The translations under genes were made by a program, and so were the position numbers. Positions 21,565 through 30,384 of a stretch of 64,000 nt of DNA are shown here, piece after piece. The first letter of the stretch is position 1. Every line of letters starts with the position of its first letter. Source of the stretch: Nitrosopumilus sp. (GTDB taxonomy: Archaea > Thermoproteota > Nitrososphaeria > Nitrososphaerales > Nitrosopumilaceae); contig OZ250186.1 in NCBI GenBank assembly GCA_965238275.1, positions 1,824,001 to 1,888,000 on the forward strand. The letters are read 5' to 3'. A model generated the notes under the pieces. It was not told the origin of the DNA, did not search any database, and saw only the letters and a program-made list of their open reading frames with translations.

Positions 21565-22977
21565 TCACCCGGATGATTCCTGAATCTTTCTTCTGAGCAG
21601 CTCCAGGGTCTTCTCCGGATCCGCCTTGCCCCTTGTCTTTTTCATGACCATGCCCACCAGGTAGTGGATGGTCTTGGGGTTTGAGGCTGCCTGCTCCACT
21701 GCCGCTGCCTCCTCGGATATCACCTCGGATACCACCTTGATTAATGCCGACTCGTCAGAGACCCCCTCCAGATCAAGATCCCGGATCACGTCAGGCAGTC
21801 TCTTTCCGGTCCGGACAATCTCGTACAGTGCGTTCTTTGCAGAGCTTCGCGAGATTCTCCCCGACAGGACAGAGTCTGCCAGGTCCCGCAGGTGTGATGC
21901 AGTGACCAGCGAGGAGTCCCTCTTCTCCCTTGTATCGACCACCCCCATCAGATCACTGGTAATCATGTTTGCCACCTCCTTTGCATTGGAGTCCGTATGC
22001 GCCTCCTCAAAGAGATCAGAGTAGTACCGGTCAGACGAGAGGATCTCTGCAACCTGTCCTGCAATGCCGTACCTTGATACGTACCGCTCCCGCCTGGAAC
22101 TGACGCTTTCGGGCATCTTGGATCTCAGACCCTCCAGCATGTCATCATCCATCCTCACCCAAGGAATGTCCCCCTCCAGGATATACCGGTAGTCAGATTC
22201 GGTCTCCTTGGAGCGGGACGGGATTGTAATCTTTCTCTGGTTGTCCCAGTGGCGCGTCTCCTGGATTACCCTTATGCCCCGCGAGTGCAGGCTCTCCTGC
22301 CGCGTAATCTCAAAATGGACCGCCTTTTCCAGATCGTGAAACGAGCCGATGTTTTTTATCTCCACCTTGTTTCCCCCCTGGATTGATACGTTGGCATCTG
22401 CCCTCATGGCCCCCTCGAGGCCCGGATCAGAGACCTTGAGGTTCTCAAGCAGCACAGACAGGATGTTGAGGAACCCCCTGACCTGTCGGGGGTTCTCAAA
22501 GTCCGGCTCGGTGACGATCTCGACTAGGGGGGTGCCTGCACGGTTGTAGTCTACCAGGGTGGTTCTGTTCTTGGATGGCCCCTCGTAGATCAGCCGTCCG
22601 GGATCCTCCTCCAGCTGAACCCGGGTGATCCTGATCTTTTTGTCCCCCACCATGACGTGGCCCGCACCCCCGATGCTGGTATCCCCGTAGATGTTGAGCT
22701 GCGTTATCTGGAAGTTCTTTGGCAGGTCCGGGTAAAAGTAGTTCTTTCTAAAGAATGCAATCCTCTCAGGCATCCGGCAGTTCAGCGCCATTGCAATCAT
22801 TGTTGCCTGCCGGACCGCCTGGCCGTTGAGCCTGGGAAGGCTTCCGGGGATGCCTGCACAGACCAGGCATATGTTCTCGTTTATCTCCAGTCCCCGATAG
22901 TCGGCCCTGCACGTGCAGAACAGCTTGCTTTGCAGGCTTGTCAGCTGGCAGTGGATCTCCAGCCCTATCATGGTCAT
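21565..22977 (-). CDS. gatB: Asp/Glu-tRNA amidotransferase subunit B
   Basis: IGLEIHCQL, RKNYFYPDLPK, YNRAGTPLVEIVTEPD. Confidence 0.97.
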   Translation of the reverse strand: MTMIGLEIHCQLTSLQSKLFCTCRADYRGLEINENICLVCAGIPGSLPRLNGQAVRQATMIAMALNCRMPERIAFFRKNYFYPDLPKNFQITQLNIYGDTSIGGAGHVMVGDKKIRITRVQLEEDPGRLIYEGPSKNRTTLVDYNRAGTPLVEIVTEPDFENPRQVRGFLNILSVLLENLKVSDPGLEGAMRADANVSIQGGNKVEIKNIGSFHDLEKAVHFEITRQESLHSRGIRVIQETRHWDNQRKITIPSRSKETESDYRYILEGDIPWVRMDDDMLEGLRSKMPESVSSRRERYVSRYGIAGQVAEILSSDRYYSDLFEEAHTDSNAKEVANMITSDLMGVVDTREKRDSSLVTASHLRDLADSVLSGRISRSSAKNALYEIVRTGKRLPDVIRDLDLEGVSDESALIKVVSEVISEEAAAVEQAASNPKTIHYLVGMVMKKTRGKADPEKTLELLRRKIQESSG

Positions 22978-24425
22978 ATCGGCGGCGCCTCCGGCAGGCT
23001 GACTGTCTGCTCCAATGCGCGTGCTGCCTGCAGCAGCATTTTATCCTGCATGGAGTCGGCCATCAGCTGCACCCCTATGGGAAGCCCGCCTGATACTGCA
23101 AACGGCACGGATACGGCAGGCTTGCCTGTGAGGTTTGCAGTCACGGTGTTAATGTCAACCAAAAACATGGAGACGGGATCGTCGATCTTCTCGCCGATCC
23201 TAAACGGCAGTACCGGGACGGTTGGTGCCATCAGCAGGTCATACCTCTTAAACGCCTCGTTGATCTCCCGTGTCAACCTGCTCTTGACCTTGAGGGCCTT
23301 GAGGAAGTACCTTCCCGCATGCCCTGCAGACGGGACGAACCCCCCGATGATCATCCTGCGGATTACCTCGGGGCCGAACCTCTGCCTTGCCTTTGAGATG
23401 TATGCGTTGAACTCGTAGCCGTCTGTCGGAAACGGATAGCCGTACCGCAGGTTGTCATACCGGGCAAGGTTGCTTCCGGCCTCGGCCGAAGTTATGGTGT
23501 AGTAGGCTGCAACCGAATACTTGACCATGTCCAGCGAGACCTCCTCGCATACGGCTCCAAGCCCCTCAAGTTTTGCAACGGCATCCCTTGTTGCAGACAG
23601 CACAGTGGGATCCGCGCCGTCGGAGGTCATCTCCCTGACTATCCCTATCCGTTTGCCCTCTATGCCTGTCTCTATTCCTTCCAGATACCCGGCATCTTTG
23701 CCATTATCCACCGTGGTGTCGTCGTTGGGATCAGAACCCGATATTATATCCAGCATGAATGCCGCATCGCTTACAGTCCTTGCCAGCGGGCCTATCTGCT
23801 CTATGCTGTTGGCGTAGGATATCAGGCCGAACCTGCTGACCAGCCCGTACGTGGGCTTGTATCCCACCACCGAGCAAAAGCTTGCCGGGTTTCTTACCGA
23901 GCCGCCCGTGTCAGAGCCCAGCGATGCGACGCACTCGAATGCGCCTACAGATACCGCGCTGCCCCCCGACGACCCGCCGGGGACAAATTCTGTATTCCAC
24001 GGATTCCTGCTTGCCCCAAACGCGCTAAACTCCGTTGTCAGGCCCATGGCAAACTCGTCGAGGTTTGTCTTGCCTACAAACACGGCATCTGCGGCCCTCA
24101 GCCGCGAGACCACCGTGGCGTCATACGGGGCCACAAAGTCCTCAAGCATCCTTGATGCACAGGTGGTTGTGCCGTCCCGGACGCATATGTTGTCCTTGAT
24201 GGATACGGGCATCCCGAAGCACGCCCCCACCTTCTCCCCTGCAGCCACCCTGCGGTCTACATCCCTTGCCGTCCCGACTGCATCGTCATTAATCGAGAGG
24301 AACGCGTGAAGGGTATCGTCAATTTTAGATATCCTCTCAAGGGTGGCTGCTGTAAAGTCCTCTGCAGATATGTTCCCGTTTTGCACGCCCCTGGCGTAGT
24401 CAAGGGCCGATATCCTCAGGTCCAT
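22974..24425 (-). CDS. gatA: Asp/Glu-tRNA amidotransferase subunit A
   Basis: GKTNLDEFAMG, PGGSSGGSA, GSDTGGSVR. Confidence 0.97.
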   Translation of the reverse strand: MDLRISALDYARGVQNGNISAEDFTAATLERISKIDDTLHAFLSINDDAVGTARDVDRRVAAGEKVGACFGMPVSIKDNICVRDGTTTCASRMLEDFVAPYDATVVSRLRAADAVFVGKTNLDEFAMGLTTEFSAFGASRNPWNTEFVPGGSSGGSAVSVGAFECVASLGSDTGGSVRNPASFCSVVGYKPTYGLVSRFGLISYANSIEQIGPLARTVSDAAFMLDIISGSDPNDDTTVDNGKDAGYLEGIETGIEGKRIGIVREMTSDGADPTVLSATRDAVAKLEGLGAVCEEVSLDMVKYSVAAYYTITSAEAGSNLARYDNLRYGYPFPTDGYEFNAYISKARQRFGPEVIRRMIIGGFVPSAGHAGRYFLKALKVKSRLTREINEAFKRYDLLMAPTVPVLPFRIGEKIDDPVSMFLVDINTVTANLTGKPAVSVPFAVSGGLPIGVQLMADSMQDKMLLQAARALEQTVSLPEAPPI

Positions 24426-24691
24426 CAGGACATCTTTGGCGCCCTGACGTAGGTCCCCTTGTAGTTGTTGAGTCTATTAATCAGCCTCTGATCGGATGCG
24501 ACATGGATGTCTTGGCGCAGGTCGGAGGCGGGAATCTCGCGCACGGTAATCTCCTCGTCCTCGACTCCCGCAGAGTCCAGTATGTCAAAATAGCCTATCA
24601 TCGACTCGACCTTGTCCACGTACTCGTCATACTCCTGTATGCCAATCTTCATCATCCCTGCAACAAGTTTTATCTCCTCGCGTGTAACCAT
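24425..24691 (-). CDS. gatC: Asp/Glu-tRNA amidotransferase subunit C
   Basis: 88 aa ending YVRAPK, between aspS and gatA. Confidence 0.85.
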   Translation of the reverse strand: MVTREEIKLVAGMMKIGIQEYDEYVDKVESMIGYFDILDSAGVEDEEITVREIPASDLRQDIHVASDQRLINRLNNYKGTYVRAPKMS

Positions 24692-24701
24692 GCCCCATCA
24701 C

Positions 24702-26009
24702 CTACGGCATCAGCCGGTCCACATCACGCGGATAGAACGTCGTGTCCCGTATGTTCTCCGTGCCCGTAACTGCCATCATCAATCTCTCAAGGCCGATTCC
24801 GCACCCGGCATGCGGGGGGACGCCATAGTCAAAGGCTGCAAGATGGTACTCAAAAGAGTCCGGATCCATGCCCTTGATCTTCATCCTCTCCACAAGCTCG
24901 TCGCGCTTCTCGATCCTTGTGCTGCCAGACGACAGCTCCAAGCTGCCAAACATCAGATCAAAGGACTCGGAGGTCTCGGGGTTTTTGCCTGCCTTGACAT
25001 AAAACGGCTTGGGGCCAAGCGGCCAGTCCGTGATAAAGTAGAATCCCTCCAGGCCAATCTTGGCCAATCCCGACGGATACAGGTCATCGCCCCACTGGGT
25101 CTTTACTCCCGCCTGCTGCATCATCTCCAGCAGCTTGGCATAGGTGTACCTTGGAATGCTTTCTGGCACCTCCGGGACTGCAAACCCCGTATCCGGGTTC
25201 TCTGCTGCGTGGGAGGCGGCCGTGTCGACGGACGTTCTGACTATCCTGTCAATCCTGTCCATGACGTCGTTGTAGTCTACAAACGCCTCCTCCAGGTCCA
25301 CAGATATTGCCTCTGCAAGGTGCCTGTTGGTCCTTGAGGACTCGGCCCGGAATATGGGGCCAATCTCAAAGACCTTCTCAAAACTCATGGTAAGCTGCTC
25401 CTTGTACAGCTGCGGGCTCTGGGCCAGAAACGCCTCCTTGTCATAGTAGAATATCGGAAACAGCGCGGATCCGCCCTCGGTGGCGCTGGCAATCATCTTT
25501 GGCGTGTTGATCTCGGTGAATGACTCCCCGGTAAAATATCCCCGGATGGACGCAAGTATGCTGCTTCGGACACGGAATATGTGCTGGAGCGGCATGCGCC
25601 TGAGATCGATGGACCGGACCTCCAACCGGGTCTCGATGTTCTTTACGGTCCGCGCCAGCGGATCAAACGGAGGGGTCTTTTGCACCTCGGAGAATATCCT
25701 CAGCTCGGACGGGACTATCTCAAATCCGCTCGGGGTCTTCTGTGATGCCTTTATCCTACCGGTGACTGCCACAGAGGAGTGTGCCTTGAGTGAGGAGAAC
25801 TTTTCACGGATCTCATCAGGGCACTCCCCCTTCTTTGCCACAACAAAGAGATCGCCGTTCTTGTCGCGCATGGTGGCAAAACTGATGTTTCCGTGTCCCC
25901 GCACCGTCAGGATCCATCCCATGACGGTAACCGTGCGGCCGTCGTCGGTGCCTGACAGGTCGTCAGAATAATGTGTCCTGCGCAACTCCCCTAGTTCGGT
26001 ATCAATCAT
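24702..26009 (-). CDS. aspS: Non-discriminating aspartyl-tRNA synthetase
   Basis: RRTHY, LAQSPQLYK, FRAE, YGVPPHAGCGIGLER; in operon with gatCAB. Confidence 0.96.
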   Translation of the reverse strand: MIDTELGELRRTHYSDDLSGTDDGRTVTVMGWILTVRGHGNISFATMRDKNGDLFVVAKKGECPDEIREKFSSLKAHSSVAVTGRIKASQKTPSGFEIVPSELRIFSEVQKTPPFDPLARTVKNIETRLEVRSIDLRRMPLQHIFRVRSSILASIRGYFTGESFTEINTPKMIASATEGGSALFPIFYYDKEAFLAQSPQLYKEQLTMSFEKVFEIGPIFRAESSRTNRHLAEAISVDLEEAFVDYNDVMDRIDRIVRTSVDTAASHAAENPDTGFAVPEVPESIPRYTYAKLLEMMQQAGVKTQWGDDLYPSGLAKIGLEGFYFITDWPLGPKPFYVKAGKNPETSESFDLMFGSLELSSGSTRIEKRDELVERMKIKGMDPDSFEYHLAAFDYGVPPHAGCGIGLERLMMAVTGTENIRDTTFYPRDVDRLMP

Positions 26010-26095
26010 AATTTACATACCCACCATCCAACGGTGTAATTAATTTTTAGGCTCCGACAGATCTCGATAAGTCAACAGAGCCCATACCCCCCATA

Positions 26096-26314
26096 ATGCT
26101 TATAGTAAGTATCATTCGAGTTCAAGGCAAGTTGGACATTCTAATGGGCCTTGTCATAGTAGCCATTATAGTCACTGCAGGCTATATCGGGTATCATGCA
26201 TCGCAGGAAACTGAGGTAGTCGAGGAGCATGGCATTGCCATCCTGCCAGAAGCACTAGAGGGTGCACCATCCGTCCACGCCCTTCAAGAGATAGTGATTC
26301 CTGCAAGGCTATAG
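26096..26314 (+). CDS. Small single-TM protein
   Basis: Hydrophobic GLVIVAIIVTAGYIGY; true start probably 26132-26144. Confidence 0.5.
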   Translation: MLIVSIIRVQGKLDILMGLVIVAIIVTAGYIGYHASQETEVVEEHGIAILPEALEGAPSVHALQEIVIPARL

Positions 26315-26467
26315 CCAAGACACGCAATTTGGCCAAATCGTATCCGCCCGGATGGCAGTTCCGGGCATACAAGACGGATGCAAAAATTTGAAGACCGAGG
26401 TCTCACACTTCCAAAAGGCGTTGCGCCAATCAGCACACAGCCATGTTGAGAGTTTTGGAATTCCAAG

Positions 26468-26773
26468 TCAGGCAAACTTTTCTGCGCGAAGCACGCCGGC
26501 ATCACTCACGTATAGGACCAGCGCAAAATTGGCAAACAGTGTCCGGGCAATCTCCTCTACAACATCGTGCAGCTTCTCCTCGTGCATCAGCGCCTCGATT
26601 TTGACGTTTTTTTCGTCCTTCAGTCCCCGGCCGCGCAGGCCGCGCGTGCCGCTCCCGCCGACCTCGTATGTCGTGTATCCGGATACATTGTGTCTTCCCA
26701 GAATGTCAATGACGTTCTTTTGAACAAGAATCTCGCAGGTGACTGTAAGAAGTTTTACGTTGTAGAATTTCAT
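26468..26773 (-). CDS. sbtB: PII-like regulator SbtB
   Basis: SGYT..EVGGSGTRG, NVKIE, VLRAEKF; downstream of sbtA. Confidence 0.85.
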   Translation of the reverse strand: MKFYNVKLLTVTCEILVQKNVIDILGRHNVSGYTTYEVGGSGTRGLRGRGLKDEKNVKIEALMHEEKLHDVVEEIARTLFANFALVLYVSDAGVLRAEKFA

Positions 26774-26781
26774 GTTCAGGC

Positions 26782-27858
26782 TTATGGAATGAAATTGAAT
26801 AAGTCTATCGATTCCGGGCTGTGGGTGAACGACGATATGGCAAACATGACGGGAAGCAGCACGATGATGTTGTACGGGAACGTGATTCCCAGCGCGGACG
26901 TTATGTACAGACTGGGCTTTGCCTGCGGGATGGCGTGGCGCAGCACCGCAGGGGCTGCAATGAACGATGCGCTTGCAAGCAGCAGCCCGAACATCACAGA
27001 GCCCCCCAGGCTCAGCCCGAGCGCGGTGGCGACAAATACGCCCACGATTCCGTTGAACGTGGGCATGAGTATCGCAAAGGAGATCAGAAACGGCCCGACC
27101 TTTTTTATGTCGTCCAGTCGCTGGCCGGCAATTATTCCCATCTCTATTAGAAATATGGCAATCGCGCCTGTAAACAGCTCGTCAAAGACTATGCTGATGG
27201 ACTCAAACCCCTCCTCCCCTATCAGATATCCAATGATGATTCCGCCAAGCAGTATCACGATTGCCTTGCCGGTAAGGGACTCGTGCAGAACGTGCCTGAT
27301 GCCGGTCCTGCCCTGTACAACCCCCATATCAAATTCAGCATCAGCATCGCCAAGCTGCCCGGCAGACATCTTTTTTGTCTTGATCTGTTTTGAGACTGCC
27401 ATGTTTGTAAGAAATATTGCCAGGATGAATGCCACAGGCTCCAGTACTGCAAGTATTGCTGCAAGATACCCTTCGGATCCCACACCCTGATTGTTTAAAA
27501 ATGAGATTCCGACGGAGAACGTGACAGCGCCCACGGCACCATATGTGGATGCAAGGGCATACGCATCAAACAGGTTGAATTTTCCAAGATGTTTCAGGAT
27601 TTGGTAGTGGTTGAGCGTGAATAGCAGCGACAGTGCAACTGCGACAGCCATCGGAAGCAGCATCTGCTCAAACCCGGTGGAGCGCATCTCCAACCCCCCG
27701 TGCAGGCCAATTGCCGCCAGAAGATAGATTGGGAGAAATTCGGATATCGCATCAGGCATCCTCAGGTCGGACTTGATTCGTGCAGCAACGATTCCCAGTA
27801 TGAAAAACAGCACGATTGGAGTCAGGAGGTTTGCCTGAATCAGTTCCAGAATATCCAT
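26782..27858 (-). CDS. sbtA: Sodium-dependent bicarbonate transporter
   Basis: KSDL, IYLLAAIGLHGG, YGAVGAVTF, SASFIAAPA, LGITFPYNI; start MDILEL. Confidence 0.92.
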   Translation of the reverse strand: MDILELIQANLLTPIVLFFILGIVAARIKSDLRMPDAISEFLPIYLLAAIGLHGGLEMRSTGFEQMLLPMAVAVALSLLFTLNHYQILKHLGKFNLFDAYALASTYGAVGAVTFSVGISFLNNQGVGSEGYLAAILAVLEPVAFILAIFLTNMAVSKQIKTKKMSAGQLGDADAEFDMGVVQGRTGIRHVLHESLTGKAIVILLGGIIIGYLIGEEGFESISIVFDELFTGAIAIFLIEMGIIAGQRLDDIKKVGPFLISFAILMPTFNGIVGVFVATALGLSLGGSVMFGLLLASASFIAAPAVLRHAIPQAKPSLYITSALGITFPYNIIVLLPVMFAISSFTHSPESIDLFNFIP

Positions 27859-27970
27859 TTGATGATTCAGGGGTTTTGAAGAGGGATAAAAACCAAGATA
27901 GTGTGCACCCACGTTTGGACCAGCAGCAGCAGCAACAGCACGAGCTGGGAGGAGTGCATGTTCTGGAGGG

Positions 27971-28480
27971 CTAACGCAAATTCCGGTACAACAAATCCAC
28001 ATCTCGACGAATCAGGGATGCCTTAAACTGATCCGTGATCTGTCCAATCACACTCCAGTCAATATCTGAGTACCTCCGTCTGGCTATGCTGACAAGATCC
28101 TCTATGTCTTGTTCGCGATTTGCAGTGTATTTTGCCACTATCAAGGACTCCAAGCCTAGCGTGCGCAGGGCGCGTTTGGAACCGACGGCACACTCTGCTG
28201 CATTCCTGACTATCCAGTCATGGGAGACGCCTGGAATGTCTCCAGAATATATGTCGATTTTAATGTCTCTGGGAGTAGACCACGGCTGCTTTCTGGCAGT
28301 CGTTTTCTTGTATCCCTTGGTAATCAGTTCGTCGTCAGGAATGTTTCGCTCTACGACAAAATCTATGTCACGGGAATCCCGTCCCTCATTGGTGTGCAGG
28401 TGTACTGCCAAGGCACCGATGAATATGACATTACCCAGCTCTTGGGTTATCATTAGTGCTTCCCTAGACAGACCGTTCAA
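27971..28480 (-). CDS. Nucleotidyltransferase (AbiEii-like toxin)
   Basis: FIGALAV, RDSRDIDF, KIDIY, LIVAK..ANREQDIED. Confidence 0.75.
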   Translation of the reverse strand: MNGLSREALMITQELGNVIFIGALAVHLHTNEGRDSRDIDFVVERNIPDDELITKGYKKTTARKQPWSTPRDIKIDIYSGDIPGVSHDWIVRNAAECAVGSKRALRTLGLESLIVAKYTANREQDIEDLVSIARRRYSDIDWSVIGQITDQFKASLIRRDVDLLYRNLR

Positions 28481-29127
28481 ATCATGTCGTCCTGCACCTT
28501 CAGAACATTGCCGATATCAAACTTGCCGTTGACACTCAGCATGTCGCCGTATTTTATCCCAATTGCAATGGCATCCAAGATGCTCCTTCCCCCCTTTGCG
28601 ATGCAGTCTAGGTACACCTGCTCTACCGTATCCTTGGTGGCAGGCTGCTTCTGCAGCAGTACCACGTGCCCACGGGATCCTTGACTAAAGCGGTTTTTCT
28701 TTAAAAATCTTGATGTCTCCAGAATATCATCCACATAAACATAGAGATCATTGGGCACCTGATACTTGGTCAGATCCCAGCAACGGTGGTCTAGGGTCAC
28801 AATAGCATTTTTGGGCAGTTTGCCCTTGAAGAAGGAGATGTCCGACGCGCGGTACTTTCGTCCAAACCTTATCGCGCCTTTAAGCGCGATCAGTGATGGT
28901 AAAAGGTGCTCCAGCACATACATCGGTTGTCTTGCGGTCCGACTGATCTGGAACCTGCCCCTAGATAGCGTGGCCAGGCCGTACTCCTTTAGAGTGTTAA
29001 TCCTCCGGTATGCTGTAGGGACAGAACCCGCAATGGCTGCCGCGTCCTTTATGGTGTGGGAGATTTGAAGCGGCATGCTTGAGGCAAAGGCATGTCCTTG
29101 CGACAGTCCCGATGATCGAACTTGCAT
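28477..29127 (-). CDS. AbiEi-like HTH antitoxin/regulator
   Basis: HTH (SVPTAYRRINTLKEYGL), DLYVYV, EQVYLDCIAKGGRS; 4-nt overlap with the NTase; likely start 29127. Confidence 0.7.
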   Translation of the reverse strand: MQVRSSGLSQGHAFASSMPLQISHTIKDAAAIAGSVPTAYRRINTLKEYGLATLSRGRFQISRTARQPMYVLEHLLPSLIALKGAIRFGRKYRASDISFFKGKLPKNAIVTLDHRCWDLTKYQVPNDLYVYVDDILETSRFLKKNRFSQGSRGHVVLLQKQPATKDTVEQVYLDCIAKGGRSILDAIAIGIKYGDMLSVNGKFDIGNVLKVQDDMI

Positions 29128-29156
29128 GTATAAGATACATGGAAAATATTTATAAA
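29125..29156 (-). promoter_or_regulatory. TATA box and palindromic operator of AbiE-like operon
   Basis: TTTATAAA at 29149-29156; CATGTAT-AAG-ATACATG perfect inverted repeat at 29125-29141 covering the start codon. Confidence 0.55.
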
Positions 29157-29379
29157 CATTTATCATATATGATTCATTTTCTGCATCAAATTCCCCAAGC
29201 ATGGCAAATCATTATCCACGGGTGATTCTGACCGCATCCATAGCCCTGTTTTTGTATCCGTGCGGTGCGCCAATTCAGACTCGGGCATTATGGCGGCGCC
29301 GGGGAGCCTGAACGGTTACAGCGTCATGCATGTACAGCACTCGCAAGACAGATTAACCCGGCATGGGACCTGAATGCTG

Positions 29380-29640
29380 ATGGCAACGCACGAGGTCCAT
29401 GTCACCATAGAGAACAAGCCGGGCATGAGCGACCCCGAGGGAGACACCATCCTCAACGACTTGGTCTTGAGGGGCAGTCACGAGGAGGTTACAAGGATAA
29501 GGGCTGCAAGGATGCTCAAGTTTACCATCAATGCTGCCGACTCAAACGACGCCATAGCCAGGGTGCAGAAGATCTGCGACGAACTGAGAATATACAATCC
29601 GGTGGCAAGCAGGATCTCGCTCAAGGCACGACAGCAGTAA
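29380..29640 (+). CDS. purS: FGAM synthase subunit PurS
   Basis: KPGMSDPEG, YNPV; upstream of purQ. Confidence 0.92.
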   Translation: MATHEVHVTIENKPGMSDPEGDTILNDLVLRGSHEEVTRIRAARMLKFTINAADSNDAIARVQKICDELRIYNPVASRISLKARQQ

Positions 29641-29706
29641 CCCGGAATCCGCACGTCGGTGCGTGCGACTGATTTCAATTAAATATCGCCAAATCCAAAC
29701 GGTTCT

Positions 29707-30384
29707 GTGAGCGTAGTCATCGTGGTGTTTCCCGGAAGCAACTGCGATCGCGACATGCACCACGTACTGAGGGACGTCATCGGCTTTGACGTGCAGTATC
29801 TCTGGCATGAAAGCCCCATGCCTAGTGATGCAGATGCGGTGATTCTTCCCGGCGGGTTCTCGTACGGCGACAGGCTCAGGGCAGGCATCATCGCGGCACA
29901 CAGCCCCATAATACGCGACATCAAGAGGATGGCAGATTCTGGAACCCCAATACTCGGAGTCTGCAACGGGTTTCAGATTCTTGCAGAATCGGGGATACTG
30001 CCAGGCGTGCTGCTCAAAAACGAGTCGCTGAGATACATGTGCGAGTGGTCCGGCATAACAGTGGAGAACAACAGGACCCCATTTACAGGCAGGTTCCGGT
30101 TGCACCAAAAGATCCCAATCCCGATTGCAAACGGCGAGGGAAGATACTTTGCAGACGGGGACACGCTGGAGCGGATGCGCAGGAACAACCAGATTGTATT
30201 TCGGTACGAGGGGCCGGTAAACGGCTCCATACACAACATTGCGGGGGTATGCAACGAGGAGGGAAACGTGGTGGGCATGATGCCCCATCCTGAGAGGGCT
30301 GCAGAATCCGCGATTAATCCGTCAGGCGACACCTCGTCGCTGCTAATCTTAGAGTCCATGCTTGAGGGAGCGGTGCGCAGTTGA
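29707..30384 (+). CDS. purQ: FGAM synthase subunit PurQ
   Basis: FPGSNCD, PGGFSYGD, GVCNGFQ, MMPHPER. Confidence 0.96.
   Translation: MSVVIVVFPGSNCDRDMHHVLRDVIGFDVQYLWHESPMPSDADAVILPGGFSYGDRLRAGIIAAHSPIIRDIKRMADSGTPILGVCNGFQILAESGILPGVLLKNESLRYMCEWSGITVENNRTPFTGRFRLHQKIPIPIANGEGRYFADGDTLERMRRNNQIVFRYEGPVNGSIHNIAGVCNEEGNVVGMMPHPERAAESAINPSGDTSSLLILESMLEGAVRS

Noticed and set aside
27859-28002. N-terminal extension of SbtA with poly-Ala
   Set aside because: Homology starts at MDILEL; the extension overlaps the NTase gene and is an intergenic (CAG)n read in frame
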